From contig JABABU010000009.1 of the NCBI GenBank assembly GCA_014238065.1, positions 25,581-89,580 of the forward strand: a DNA stretch of 64,000 nucleotides, in the 5' to 3' direction. Both the position numbers and the translations under genes were made by a program. Below are positions 1-9,179 of the stretch, piece by piece (the first letter of the stretch is position 1; each line of letters opens with the position of its first letter). Origin of the DNA: Actinomycetota bacterium (lineage in GTDB: Bacteria > Actinomycetota > Acidimicrobiia > Acidimicrobiales > Poriferisodalaceae). The notes below the pieces were generated by a model, which did not search any database, was not told where the DNA came from, and was given only the letters and a program-made list of their open reading frames with translations.

Positions 1-324
1 CCCGGTGCCTACGAGATCTGTTACAGCGACGTCATCGACTTCGACACGCCGGGTTGCGAGACGGTCGATGTCGTCGCGGGACAGATAACGTCAACCAGCG
101 GGGTCTTCGCTCCCCGTGGTTTCCTGAGGGTCATGACCGACCTACCACACCCCTCGACGATCTATGTGGACGGATCACCTCGCGATGACTGGGGGATCTG
201 GAACGACATATCACCTGGGCAATATCAAGTGTGCTTCGGTGAGGATGCAGGCTTCACCCCACCCTGCGAGTCAGCAGCAGTGACAGCCGGGAACACCTCG
301 ACCGTCACGGGCACCTGGCCGTGA
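1..324 (+). CDS. 3' end of a secreted/surface protein with Cys-pair beta-sandwich (PEGA-like) repeats; the 5' end lies outside the window
   Basis: Frame 1 is open from base 1 to TGA at 322-324. The translation (PGAYEICYSDV..FDTPGC ... IYVDGSPRDDWGIWNDISPGQYQVCFGEDAGFTPPC) has the same VDG..W / G.[YH][EQ][IV]C[FY] / P.C unit that is repeated at the C-terminus of the 61203-63494 protein. Confidence 0.6.
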   Translation, partial: PGAYEICYSDVIDFDTPGCETVDVVAGQITSTSGVFAPRGFLRVMTDLPHPSTIYVDGSPRDDWGIWNDISPGQYQVCFGEDAGFTPPCESAAVTAGNTSTVTGTWP

Positions 325-881
325 GAATTGTCAGCCGCGACGCGATTCGAATCTCGCTGATCGCGGGAATCATCGGCGCGGGAACCATCGCGCTGGTCGT
401 CGTTAGCACCACATCGACTACAGAGTCCGTCACCGCAGGGTCATCGGCGACCGAAGCGGTCGTCGATGACGCCGACACGGCGAGTTCGACGGCTTCTCCG
501 GATCCGACGACAGAAGCCGACGTGACTTCGGCATCGGCTTCGGACCAGCAGACGACAGTCGCTCCCGTAGCCGAGTCGACGACATCTCGAGCCATGGTGA
601 CGACGGCTGCGTCTCCCCCGGCTCCTGGCGAGCTTCGGTGGACCGCCGCGTCGGGGGACTACATCCTCCAGATCGGGTCCACGGTCACTGTCATCACCGA
701 ACCCGGTGGCACTCCGCCTTCGGTTTCCGGTTCGGTCGTGGTCGCGCCGATCGACTCACTGGTCGACACGGGCGACTCGAGGTTCGCGGTCACGGCAACG
801 AGCATCGGCGAGGCGACCGTGACGCTGAAGTCTTCCTCAGGAGTGGTGACCTGGGCCTTCACCATCGTCGACGGCAGCTGA
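321..881 (+). CDS. Membrane-anchored surface protein: N-terminal TM helix, Thr/Ser/Ala-rich spacer, C-terminal Ig-like (Big_2-like) domain
   Basis: GTG at 321 overlaps the upstream stop (GTGA). Hydrophobic segment ISLIAGIIGAGTIALVVV, then a low-complexity T/S/A linker, then a beta-rich tail ending ATSIGEATVTLKSSSGVVTWAFTIV. Confidence 0.55.
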   Translation: MRIVSRDAIRISLIAGIIGAGTIALVVVSTTSTTESVTAGSSATEAVVDDADTASSTASPDPTTEADVTSASASDQQTTVAPVAESTTSRAMVTTAASPPAPGELRWTAASGDYILQIGSTVTVITEPGGTPPSVSGSVVVAPIDSLVDTGDSRFAVTATSIGEATVTLKSSSGVVTWAFTIVDGS

Positions 882-901
882 CGACTCTCCGGACGACAAG
901 C

Positions 902-929
902 TCTGCAAAGCCTCTACCAATCTGCAAAG
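902..929. promoter_or_regulatory. 9-bp direct repeat TCTGCAAAG (902-910 and 921-929) in the leader of the cox-like operon
   Basis: Two exact copies with starts 19 bp apart, about 50-75 bp upstream of the coxS ATG (977). GAGGGGA, a likely RBS, follows. Confidence 0.2.
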
Positions 930-976
930 ATCGGTGAGCGGGTGAAAATGGCCCGCGCCTACCGAGGGGAACGCGC

Positions 977-1444
977 ATGGACATCTCCATCAACGTCAAC
1001 GGATCCGTTCACAGTTCTGCTGTAGAGCCGCGAACATTGCTCGTCCACCACATTCGAGAGGGCGTCGGGCTCACCGGCACCAACATCGGGTGCGACACTT
1101 CGTCGTGTGGGGCGTGCACAGTGCACATCGACGGCGAGTCGGTGAAGAGCTGCACGATGTTGGCCGTCCAGGCTGATGGTGCCAACATCACGACGATCGA
1201 AGGAATGGCCGACGACGATGGAACGCTGCACCCGATGCAGCAGTCTTTCATGGAAAACCACGGCCTTCAGTGTGGGTACTGCACCCCCGGCATGGTGATG
1301 GCCGCAACCTCTCTGCTTCGAGAGAACGCCAATCCTTCCGAGGCCGAGGTCAGAGAAGGACTAGAAGGCAACCTCTGTCGTTGTACCGGCTACCACAACA
1401 TCGTGAAGTCGGTACTCGGCTGCGCCTCGAAAGGTGTGTCATGA
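977..1444 (+). CDS. coxS: [2Fe-2S] small subunit of an aerobic-type molybdenum hydroxylase (CoxS family)
   Basis: 155 aa. Cys clusters CDTSSCGAC (C-x4-C-x2-C), QCGYCTPG and CRCTGY, typical of CoxS/xanthine-dehydrogenase small subunits. Confidence 0.95.
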   Translation: MDISINVNGSVHSSAVEPRTLLVHHIREGVGLTGTNIGCDTSSCGACTVHIDGESVKSCTMLAVQADGANITTIEGMADDDGTLHPMQQSFMENHGLQCGYCTPGMVMAATSLLRENANPSEAEVREGLEGNLCRCTGYHNIVKSVLGCASKGVS

Positions 1445-3810
1445 GCGTCATCGGCACGCGGATGCTCCGCAAGGAAGATCCCGCTCTCCTCGTAGGTGAA
1501 GGCAAGTACATCGACGACATCCAAGTCGAGGGCCAACTCTGGATGGGCATGGTTCGCAGCACTGTCGCCCACGCAAAGATCGCTGCCGTCGACCTGTCAG
1601 CCGCTCTCGAACAACCAGGCGTGGTCGGTGCCTACACCGGCGCCGATCTCGCTGACGGCTACTGGATCGCGCCGATGCCGTGCGCGTGGCCGGTCACTCC
1701 CGACATGCACAACCCTCCTCACCACCCCGTGGCGATCGACACCGCTAGGTACGTCGGCGACATCGTGGCTGTGGTGCTCGCCGACTCGCGGTATGCCGCC
1801 GCTGACGCCGTCGAACATGTCGTGGTCGACTACGACGAACTGCCGGTTGTGGCAACCATCGGCGACGCAGTCGCCGACGAGACGCTGGTCCACCCAGATC
1901 TTGGGACGAACAAGTGCTACACGTGGGCACTCGATCCCGCCCCCGATGCGACCGCTGCTGCGCTCGACACTGCCCCCCATCGGGTGAGCGCAACATTCAA
2001 ACAGCAACGCCTCATCCCCACGGCGATGGAGCCGCGAGGGGTGCTGGCCATCCCTTCGCCCCACGGCGGAGACCTGACGCTGTATTCGTCTTCGCAGATA
2101 CCACACATCTTGAAGGTGATGGTTGCTGCGACTACCGGCATCCCAGAGCACTCGATCCGGGTCATCGCCCCTTCTGTCGGTGGAGGCTTCGGGGCCAAGC
2201 TCAACGTGAATGCCGACGAGATCCTCGCCGCAGCACTCGCGACCAAACTCGGCAAACCCGTGCGCTGGACAGAGACACGGACCGAAGCGGCGGGATCGAC
2301 CACACAGGGCAGAGGTCAAGTCCAACACATCGAACTCGGAGCAGACGAGAACGGCAAGCTCACGGCCATCCGCGTCAAGCTCGAGGCAGACATGGGTGCT
2401 TACCTCCAGCTGATCACTCCTGGAGTGCCTCTTCTCGGAGGTTTCCTGTACCACGGCGTCTATGAGACACCGACATTCAGTTTCACCTGCGAGGGCTATT
2501 TCACGAACCTCACACCGACCGACGCCTACCGCGGCGCCGGCCGACCGGAAGCCTGTTACGCAATCGAACGGGCAATGGACATGCTGGCCGCCGAGGTCGG
2601 CGTGTCGGCAACCGAAATCCGACGCAGGAACTACGTCAACGGCGGAGACGCCTTCGAAAATTGGGAGTCGCCGGCTGGCATCGTGTTCGACAGTGGACAC
2701 TATGGCCCGAGCCTCGACGCAGCGCTCGAAGCTGTCGGCTATGACGAACTGCTTGCCGAGCAAGCAGCCCGTCGAACTGAAGGATCACGAACACAACTCG
2801 GCATCGGGATCTGCACGTACGTAGAGATCTGTGGCCTTGCTCCAAGCCGTGTACTCGGCAGTCTTGGTTTCGGATCCGGCGGATGGGAGCACGCAACCGT
2901 GCGAATGCTTCCGACCGGCATGGTCGAGGTGGTGAGCGGGTCGACTCCGCATGGCCAGGGGCACGAGACATCGTGGGCGATGATCGTCGCCGACAAACTC
3001 GGCATCGACCCTGCCCACGTGACGGTGCTGCACTCCGACACCGCCCAGAGTCCGCTTGGGCTCGACACCTACGGCTCACGAAGCCTGGCCGTCGGTGGTG
3101 TGGCCATCGACATGGCTCTCGACAAGCTGGTGTTGAAGGCGAAGGCCATCGTCGCTCACCAACTCGAGGCCTCGGTCGACGACATCCAGCTCGAGGGCGG
3201 GATGCTGTCGGTTGCCGGACAACCCGACACCGCGGTGCCGATCCAGGGAGTCGGATTCGAGGCGTTCACCGCCCACAATCTGCCAGACGGCATGGAGCCG
3301 AACCTGCAGGAAGCCGTCACCTACGACCCGCCGAACTTCGCGTTCCCATTCGGCACCCACGTGTGCGTCGTCGAGGTCGATGAGGACACCGGAAACACGA
3401 GGGTCCGTGACTATGTCGCAGTCGACGACTGCGGAGTGCAGATCAACCCGCTGATCGTCGAGGGCCAGGTTCACGGTGGAGTGGTGCAAGGTGTGGCTCA
3501 AGCCCTCTGGGAAGGTGCGGTCTACGACGACGATGCAAACTTGTTGAACCCGTCGTTGTTGGATTACTTGGTGCCCTCGGCCATGGAGGTTCCGAACATC
3601 ACGACGTCGTTCACCGTCACCCCCTCGACCAGCAATCAGCTTGGCGTGAAGGGCGTCGGCGAGGCGGGGACGATCGGTTCTGCCGCAGCCGCGATCAACG
3701 CCGTGTGCGACGCACTGTCAGAGAACGGCGTCACCGACATCGAGATGCCGGCGACACCCCAACGGGTATGGCGAGCTCTACACGCCGAAGAGATCGGAGC
3801 AGCATCATGA
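1441..3810 (+). CDS. coxL: Molybdopterin-binding large subunit, form-II CoxL-like (substrate unknown)
   Basis: ATG at 1441 overlaps the coxS stop (ATGA); the ORF-track start at 1270 is an Arg-rich artefact. N-terminus [26 protein letters not shown] motif, active-site loop AYRGAGR at 2524-2544 (form-II signature, not the form-I AYxCSFR). Confidence 0.93.
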   Translation: MSVIGTRMLRKEDPALLVGEGKYIDDIQVEGQLWMGMVRSTVAHAKIAAVDLSAALEQPGVVGAYTGADLADGYWIAPMPCAWPVTPDMHNPPHHPVAIDTARYVGDIVAVVLADSRYAAADAVEHVVVDYDELPVVATIGDAVADETLVHPDLGTNKCYTWALDPAPDATAAALDTAPHRVSATFKQQRLIPTAMEPRGVLAIPSPHGGDLTLYSSSQIPHILKVMVAATTGIPEHSIRVIAPSVGGGFGAKLNVNADEILAAALATKLGKPVRWTETRTEAAGSTTQGRGQVQHIELGADENGKLTAIRVKLEADMGAYLQLITPGVPLLGGFLYHGVYETPTFSFTCEGYFTNLTPTDAYRGAGRPEACYAIERAMDMLAAEVGVSATEIRRRNYVNGGDAFENWESPAGIVFDSGHYGPSLDAALEAVGYDELLAEQAARRTEGSRTQLGIGICTYVEICGLAPSRVLGSLGFGSGGWEHATVRMLPTGMVEVVSGSTPHGQGHETSWAMIVADKLGIDPAHVTVLHSDTAQSPLGLDTYGSRSLAVGGVAIDMALDKLVLKAKAIVAHQLEASVDDIQLEGGMLSVAGQPDTAVPIQGVGFEAFTAHNLPDGMEPNLQEAVTYDPPNFAFPFGTHVCVVEVDEDTGNTRVRDYVAVDDCGVQINPLIVEGQVHGGVVQGVAQALWEGAVYDDDANLLNPSLLDYLVPSAMEVPNITTSFTVTPSTSNQLGVKGVGEAGTIGSAAAAINAVCDALSENGVTDIEMPATPQRVWRALHAEEIGAAS

Positions 3811-4625
3811 TCCCAGCAGCATTCGACTACGCAGTCGCAGAGTCGGCCGAGCACGCAATTTCACTGCTCGGCGAGCACGGCGACGAGGCGAAGCTTCTCG
3901 CAGGCGGCCACTCGCTGCTGCCCATGATGAAATTCCGCCTCGCAACGCCGGCCGTGCTGGTCGACGTCGGACGGCTCGACGATCTGCGGTATATCCGCCA
4001 GGAGAACGGTCACATCGCCATCGGTGCGCTGACTCGACACACGGAACTCGAGCACAGCGATGTGCTCGGCGACGCGTGCCCGCTGCTGAAACACGTCGCG
4101 TCGCTCGTCGGCGACCCCTCGGTGCGCCACCGCGGCACGCTCGGGGGCACGCTTGCCCATTCCGACCCGGCGAGCGACCTACCGGCAGCGGTGCTGGCCC
4201 TCGGCGGAACCCTCGTGGCAAAGGGCCCGAACGGCCAACGCGAGATAGCGGCAAACGACTTCTTCACGGGCTATTTCGAATCGGTGCTCGCCGACGACGA
4301 GATGCTCACCGAGGTCAAGGTCCCCGTGGCGACCGGCGGATGGAACTATCAGAAGTTCAACCGCAGAGCGCAGGACTGGGCCATCGTCGGCGTGGCAGTC
4401 GCCGACGGAGGCGCAGGGGTGAGCCTTGTCAACATGGGGTCGACACCGTTGCGCGCTTCAGCAGTCGAGGCAGCCATCGCCGGTGGAGCATCCGCCGCAG
4501 ACGCAGCGGCCGTGGCTGCTGAGGGCACGAATGCCCCCAGCGACCTCAATGCCGAGCCCGACTACCGCGAGCATCTCGCCCGAGTCCTCGTCGAGCGTGC
4601 GCTGAACGCCGCTGGCGTCGACTGA
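3807..4625 (+). CDS. coxM: FAD-binding medium subunit (CoxM family)
   Basis: ATG at 3807 overlaps the coxL stop (ATGA). AKLLAGGHSLLPMMKFR and GTLGGTLAHSDPASD motifs of PCMH-type FAD-binding subunits. S-L-M gene order. Confidence 0.92.
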   Translation: MIPAAFDYAVAESAEHAISLLGEHGDEAKLLAGGHSLLPMMKFRLATPAVLVDVGRLDDLRYIRQENGHIAIGALTRHTELEHSDVLGDACPLLKHVASLVGDPSVRHRGTLGGTLAHSDPASDLPAAVLALGGTLVAKGPNGQREIAANDFFTGYFESVLADDEMLTEVKVPVATGGWNYQKFNRRAQDWAIVGVAVADGGAGVSLVNMGSTPLRASAVEAAIAGGASAADAAAVAAEGTNAPSDLNAEPDYREHLARVLVERALNAAGVD

Positions 4626-4637
4626 CGAAGGGCCGAA

Positions 4638-5996
4638 TCACACCGGCTGAAGTTCCGTCTCTTCTGGTTCTTGGGCTGCATCATCGCCGGCTTCATCCTC
4701 GGTGCCCGATGTCTTGTTGACGACGAAGGCAACGAGGGTGAAGATCGCGACGAGCCACATCGACCTGGGGAACTGGATCACCCTGTCGACCTGTTCCGAG
4801 ATGCCGAAGTCCTGGTCGAACAACCGCTCGACGGTCCACACCGAGGCAATGGTGGCCAAGACGACCGAACCTGCGACGAAGACCCAGCGGTACAGACGCG
4901 TCGATCTCATCATATGGAGGCCTGGGAACATCACGACGATGATGAATGCCTGACCGAGTTCGATCCCGACGTTGCGCCCGAGGAGCGACACCAGTTGTGT
5001 CGACCTGCTGATGTCGAGGTCGGACACCAGGGACGCGAATCCCATGCCGTGGAACAGCCCGAACGCGAAAGCTATCGCCCATTCCTTGTTGGCAGCGATC
5101 GGTCTGAGGTTGTGCAGAGCCGCGAGCGCTATCGACAGCGCTATCACTGATTCGACGAACTTCGACGACGGCAGTGGCAAGATGTCCATGCCGGCGAGGG
5201 TGAACGTGATCGAGTGAGCGACGGTGAACATGGTGGCGATCTTGAGCACCCGCCACAGCGCCGCTCCGAAGCTCGTCGCCGGCTCCCAGCCGTTCCTGAA
5301 CACGAGCACGGCCGGCAACAGCAGCACCAGGATGAAGAAGATGTGGTCAGGACCTGTCTTGATGTGGTCGACGCCGAGACCGATGCTCGCCCTGAAGTTC
5401 TTCCACTGACTCGATGACCCGAGATCGACATCCTTCGTGATCGAGCCTCTGTCGAACACCACCAGTTCCTCGGCCTCGTTGTCGATGAACCCACGTTCCC
5501 ATGAGTTCGCGATGAGCAGGAGGCTTCGATGTCCGTCCACCTCAGCGAGGAACGGGTCGAAGGTCACCGTCAGTTGACGAGGCACCTCTGGCCTCGGAAC
5601 TTCGACGTCGAAGGACAGAATGGCAAAGCCCCACTCCTGCGACAGACGAGCCCCGTCGAACAACTCGACGTCGACGACACCGATAGGCCACTGGTCACCG
5701 TTGGATCCGATGGCCAGGTGGTCGAGAACGTACGAGCGCAGGAACGCGAAGTTCTCCTCGAGCACGGCTGCTGCGAGCACCTCGTCGTTAGGAACGTCGA
5801 TGTCGAGGACGGCCTCGATTTCTCGCACCGGGAGTTCGACTCGGCCCGTCAGGGTGTCGTCGGTGACGTCGAGGTAGAGGTAGGACTCGCCTCTGTTATG
5901 GGCGCCGACCATCGCGGCCGACGCTGCGACCACGAGCGACGCGATGATGCTCGCGACGACGAATTTCGCCGTCAGACGTGAAGTTACTGATTTCAT
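4638..5996 (-). CDS. HupE/UreJ_2-like polytopic membrane protein with a ~220-aa N-terminal extracytoplasmic domain
   Basis: Signal/anchor AKFVVASIIASLVVAASAAMVGA. C-terminal half has TM segments with GPDHIFFILVLLLP, FTVAHSITFTLA and GLFHGMGFAS motifs. Its ATG overlaps the upstream ACAD stop (ATGA at 5993-5996). Confidence 0.7.
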   Translation of the reverse strand: MKSVTSRLTAKFVVASIIASLVVAASAAMVGAHNRGESYLYLDVTDDTLTGRVELPVREIEAVLDIDVPNDEVLAAAVLEENFAFLRSYVLDHLAIGSNGDQWPIGVVDVELFDGARLSQEWGFAILSFDVEVPRPEVPRQLTVTFDPFLAEVDGHRSLLLIANSWERGFIDNEAEELVVFDRGSITKDVDLGSSSQWKNFRASIGLGVDHIKTGPDHIFFILVLLLPAVLVFRNGWEPATSFGAALWRVLKIATMFTVAHSITFTLAGMDILPLPSSKFVESVIALSIALAALHNLRPIAANKEWAIAFAFGLFHGMGFASLVSDLDISRSTQLVSLLGRNVGIELGQAFIIVVMFPGLHMMRSTRLYRWVFVAGSVVLATIASVWTVERLFDQDFGISEQVDRVIQFPRSMWLVAIFTLVAFVVNKTSGTEDEAGDDAAQEPEETELQPV

Positions 5997-7195
5997 TGAG
6001 GAATCTCCATCAGGGCAGCGATCACATTTCGTTGGATGTCGGAGGTTCCCGAGTACACGAGCCCCCCGAGTGCGTCTCGAACTTCGCGTTCGATTCCGTA
6101 TTCGGACAGATAGCCCACAGCCCCGAACACTCGTACGGCATCCAGGGCGATTGCGGCAACAGCCTCGCTGACCACGAGCTTCGTCATGGCGGCCTCGAGC
6201 GTCACCGATCGCCCCGACGCGAGCAACATCGCCGTGCGATAGGTCTGCAGCCTCGCCGATTCGAACATGACGCGCATCTCCGCGATTCGGTGCGACACCG
6301 CCTGGAACGTTCCGATCGGCTGTCCGTATTGTTCGCGAGTCTTCGACGCGGTGACGGATTCATCGATGATGCGGTGGGCTGCGCCCAACTGTGTGGCGAA
6401 CATCAACCCGCGTTCTGGCTCCATCGTCGCGCTGAAGATTGATGCGCCCGAGCCGGGTTGCCCGATGAGATCGTCGGCTCCTGCGAGATAGCCGTCGAGT
6501 TCGATGTCGCCCAGCGGTGACGTACGCAGGCCCATCTTGTCGCGGCTCGTCGTGAATGTGACCCCCGGCCGGCCGGCTCTCACGAGAAACGCAGACACGC
6601 CCCACCTTCCGACGTCAGGGTTCGTGCTCGCGAACACCACAGCCACATCGGCAATCGGGCCAAGAGTGACGTAGCTCTTGCGACCGCTGAGCCGATAGCC
6701 GTCTTCGTCGGCCTCAGCGCGGGTGGCCATCGAGAACGTGTCGCTGCCTGCATCCTGCTCTGTGGCTGCGAACGCGCCGATGAGTTCGCCGCTGACCATG
6801 CGTGGGAGTAGCGACCGCCTCTGCGCTTCGGTGCCGAACGAGCTGAGCACATGTTGGACGATCAGCATCTGCGCGGCCACCGCCGTCGCCAGTCCGTTGT
6901 CACGACAGCCATAGCCGAGGCCCTCGAGCTTCAGGGTCGTGGTGACGAGGTCATCACCGGTACCGCCGTAATCGCGTGACACAGCCGATCCCAGCAGCCC
7001 GGTGGCGGCGACACGATCCCACTGGGTTCGATCGAAGCTCGATGCGGCGTCTCGCTGCACGAGGTCGGCAGCATCGAGGTGATCGGACGCCCAGTCTGCG
7101 ACTTCCTGCTTCAGGGGATGATTGATGTCAAGGAGCGCCGACACATCGAGGCCCTCGGCAACGTCGACCACTGACTGTGGTGCATCTGTCTCCAT
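5993..7195 (-). CDS. Acyl-CoA dehydrogenase family flavoprotein (possibly acting on a carrier-protein-bound substrate)
   Basis: Start taken at ATG 7195 (METDAPQS...); the upstream part of the 5993-7456 ORF is Arg-rich non-coding-like. ACAD-like C-terminal pattern QVFGAVGYLSEYGIEREVRDA...VYSGTSDIQRNVIA and mid-region FAATEQDAGSD. Confidence 0.9.
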   Translation of the reverse strand: METDAPQSVVDVAEGLDVSALLDINHPLKQEVADWASDHLDAADLVQRDAASSFDRTQWDRVAATGLLGSAVSRDYGGTGDDLVTTTLKLEGLGYGCRDNGLATAVAAQMLIVQHVLSSFGTEAQRRSLLPRMVSGELIGAFAATEQDAGSDTFSMATRAEADEDGYRLSGRKSYVTLGPIADVAVVFASTNPDVGRWGVSAFLVRAGRPGVTFTTSRDKMGLRTSPLGDIELDGYLAGADDLIGQPGSGASIFSATMEPERGLMFATQLGAAHRIIDESVTASKTREQYGQPIGTFQAVSHRIAEMRVMFESARLQTYRTAMLLASGRSVTLEAAMTKLVVSEAVAAIALDAVRVFGAVGYLSEYGIEREVRDALGGLVYSGTSDIQRNVIAALMEIPQ

Positions 7196-7320
7196 GGTTG
7201 CATATATTGCCGCAAATCGTCCATAGTCGCCACTTTCAGTGGTATTTTGCCAAAAGATTTGCCACACTCTGTTGAACCGGTCCGGGACGACCCGGGCGAC
7301 AGGTTTGGTGAGAACGTCTC
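7196..7320. promoter_or_regulatory. AT-richer divergent promoter region between the ACAD-like gene and the stand-alone A-domain gene
   Basis: Locally lower GC. TTGCC occurs three times (7207, 7247, 7259). Small inverted repeats CCACT-TTC-AGTGG (7230-7242) and CCGGG-ACGA-CCCGG. Confidence 0.4.
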
Positions 7321-8931
7321 GTGTTGGGTGAAATCGAAACGATGTCGATGAATGGAACAACTCCGAGGTTGACAATGCTCCCCGAGTTGATCGCGGAGTC
7401 CTGTCAGCGACGCCCCGACTCGGTTGCCGTCTCCTGCCACGATCAGGAGCTGACATATGAACAACTGCTCTCGCGGGTTCAGAAGCTCGCTGCGGGGCTC
7501 ATCAGCCGGTCGGTCGCTCCTGGCACCCCAGTCGGAGTGTTCCTCGGGAAATCGGTCGACGCCTACGTGGCGATGTTCGGCATCCAAGCCGCTGGTGCCG
7601 TTGCCGTGCCCATCGATCCGATGGCGCCGACGACCGTCGTGGCCAAGATCGTCGAGGAGATCGGACTCACTACCATCGTCGTGGATCCGATACGGGCCAG
7701 AAAGTTGCCGAAACTGGCCGCACCGACACTGCTCGTCGGGCCCGCCATCACCCCGGACACGCACAATGCGACGAACCCGTTGACATGGGACGAGATCGAC
7801 ACCTTCGACGAGAGCCCCATCCGACGTGTCGACCCTTCGCATCCGGCGTACATGATCACCACCTCGGGTTCCACGGGGAGACCCAAAGCGATGGTTCACA
7901 GCCACGCCAGCGGTCTCGCCTACGCGGCTCTGGCAGCCGACACCTTCGGCCTCACCCACGCCGACCGACTGGCCAATGTCGCCCCGTTCCACTTCGACAT
8001 CTCCACGCTCGAGCTCTACGCCAGTCCGCTGGTGGGCGCGACCGCCGTGCTGTTTCCAGAGGCGCTGCTGAAGTTCCCAGCTGATGTTTCGCGGGTCGTC
8101 GAGGAGCAACGAATCTCCGTCTGGTATTCGGTGCCGACAATCCTTCTCCACCTGCTCGAGCGGGGCGCTCTCGACCAGCGCGACCTGTCGTGCCTTCGGT
8201 GGGTGATCTTCGGTGGGGAGGTCTTTCCTTCCGGTCCCTTGGGCCGATTGATGAAGATGATCCCCGACGCCAGGTTCAGCAATGTCTATGGGCCCGCCGA
8301 AGTCAACGTCTGCACCTACCACCACGTCGAACAGGTACCAGAAGCTGGCGAATCGATTCCGATCGGGCGGCCGTGGGCTGACACCCACGTCATGGTCGTC
8401 GACGACAATCTGCGCGAGGTGCCGAACCGGTCCCGTGGCGAGTTGCTCGTCAGCACCACGACGATGATGACCGGCTATTGGAGACGCGATGAACTCAATG
8501 CCAGGTCCATCATCGAGCTCGAAGACGTAGAAGGCGTCATCCGGTGCTGGTATCGGACAGGCGACGTGGTCGAATGGCGCAACGACCACCTGATGTTCCA
8601 CGGCAGGGCTGACCGTCAGGTCAAGATCCGAGGCAACCGAGTCGAACTCGAAGCCGTCGAGACAGCGGTAGTCGATGTCGACGGTGTGATCACCTGCGGG
8701 GCATCCGTGATCGACGGTGAGCAGGACAAGATCTTGATCGCAGTCGTCGAAGCGCTTCCGGGGACGAGACCACGCGACGTCATCACCGGCGCGGCGACAG
8801 TACTGCCGCCGCACGCAGTACCCGACGAGGTGATCATCGTCGACTCGATGCCGCGAACTCCCTCCGGCAAGGTCGACTCCATCGCAGCCGTAGCCGCAGT
8901 CAACCGAAAACTCACAGGGAACCGAACATGA
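7321..8931 (+). CDS. Stand-alone adenylation enzyme (NRPS A domain / amino acid-carrier protein ligase)
   Basis: Core motifs TSGSTGRPKA (A3), FHFDIS (A4), NVYGPAE (A5), YRTGD (A7), GRADRQVKIRGNRVE (A8), PRTPSGKVD (A10). Start is ambiguous: GTG 7321, or ATG 7342/7348. Confidence 0.9.
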   Translation: MLGEIETMSMNGTTPRLTMLPELIAESCQRRPDSVAVSCHDQELTYEQLLSRVQKLAAGLISRSVAPGTPVGVFLGKSVDAYVAMFGIQAAGAVAVPIDPMAPTTVVAKIVEEIGLTTIVVDPIRARKLPKLAAPTLLVGPAITPDTHNATNPLTWDEIDTFDESPIRRVDPSHPAYMITTSGSTGRPKAMVHSHASGLAYAALAADTFGLTHADRLANVAPFHFDISTLELYASPLVGATAVLFPEALLKFPADVSRVVEEQRISVWYSVPTILLHLLERGALDQRDLSCLRWVIFGGEVFPSGPLGRLMKMIPDARFSNVYGPAEVNVCTYHHVEQVPEAGESIPIGRPWADTHVMVVDDNLREVPNRSRGELLVSTTTMMTGYWRRDELNARSIIELEDVEGVIRCWYRTGDVVEWRNDHLMFHGRADRQVKIRGNRVELEAVETAVVDVDGVITCGASVIDGEQDKILIAVVEALPGTRPRDVITGAATVLPPHAVPDEVIIVDSMPRTPSGKVDSIAAVAAVNRKLTGNRT

Positions 8932-9179
8932 ACCTGACCACACAACTGCTCGACTTCGTGAACCGTGAGGCCTCTCTCGATCCCACGACGCAGATCGAAC
9001 TCGAAACCGACCTCCTGCTCACCGGTCTCGTCGACTCCCTCGGCGTCATCAGGGTCGTGCAGTGGCTCGAGGACGAACTCGAGATGATGATCGACCCGGT
9101 CGATGTGATTCTCGAGAACTTCCAGACCGTCGCGAGGATGATCGATTTCGTCGAACTTCAGCGGGTCACCTCGGCATGA
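8928..9179 (+). CDS. Stand-alone peptidyl/aryl carrier protein (DltC-like)
   Basis: 83 aa. ATG overlaps the A-domain stop (ATGA). Phosphopantetheine site LVDSLG (Ser codon 9036-9038). Its stop overlaps the NRPS start. Confidence 0.85.
   Translation: MNLTTQLLDFVNREASLDPTTQIELETDLLLTGLVDSLGVIRVVQWLEDELEMMIDPVDVILENFQTVARMIDFVELQRVTSA

Noticed and set aside
882-976. Moco or other riboswitch in the cox leader
   Set aside because: The leader is only ~95 nt, and I could not recognise the conserved Moco-motif helices.
1270-1440. N-terminal extension of the coxL ORF (and similar extensions at 3705, 7196-7456, 9062, 24145, 45323)
   Set aside because: The extensions overlap the preceding gene out of frame and translate to Arg-rich sequence. 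In each case an internal ATG forms an ATGA overlap with the upstream stop and begins the conserved family N-terminus.
977-4625. Bona fide carbon-monoxide dehydrogenase
   Set aside because: The active-site loop is AYRGAGR (form II) rather than AYxCSFR. The gene order is S-L-M and no coxDEFG genes are present.
7111-8943. 610-aa ORF antisense to the stand-alone A-domain gene
   Set aside because: Its translation is Arg/Gly/Asp-rich with no motifs, while the plus strand carries a complete A-domain motif set. This is the typical long antisense ORF of high-GC DNA.
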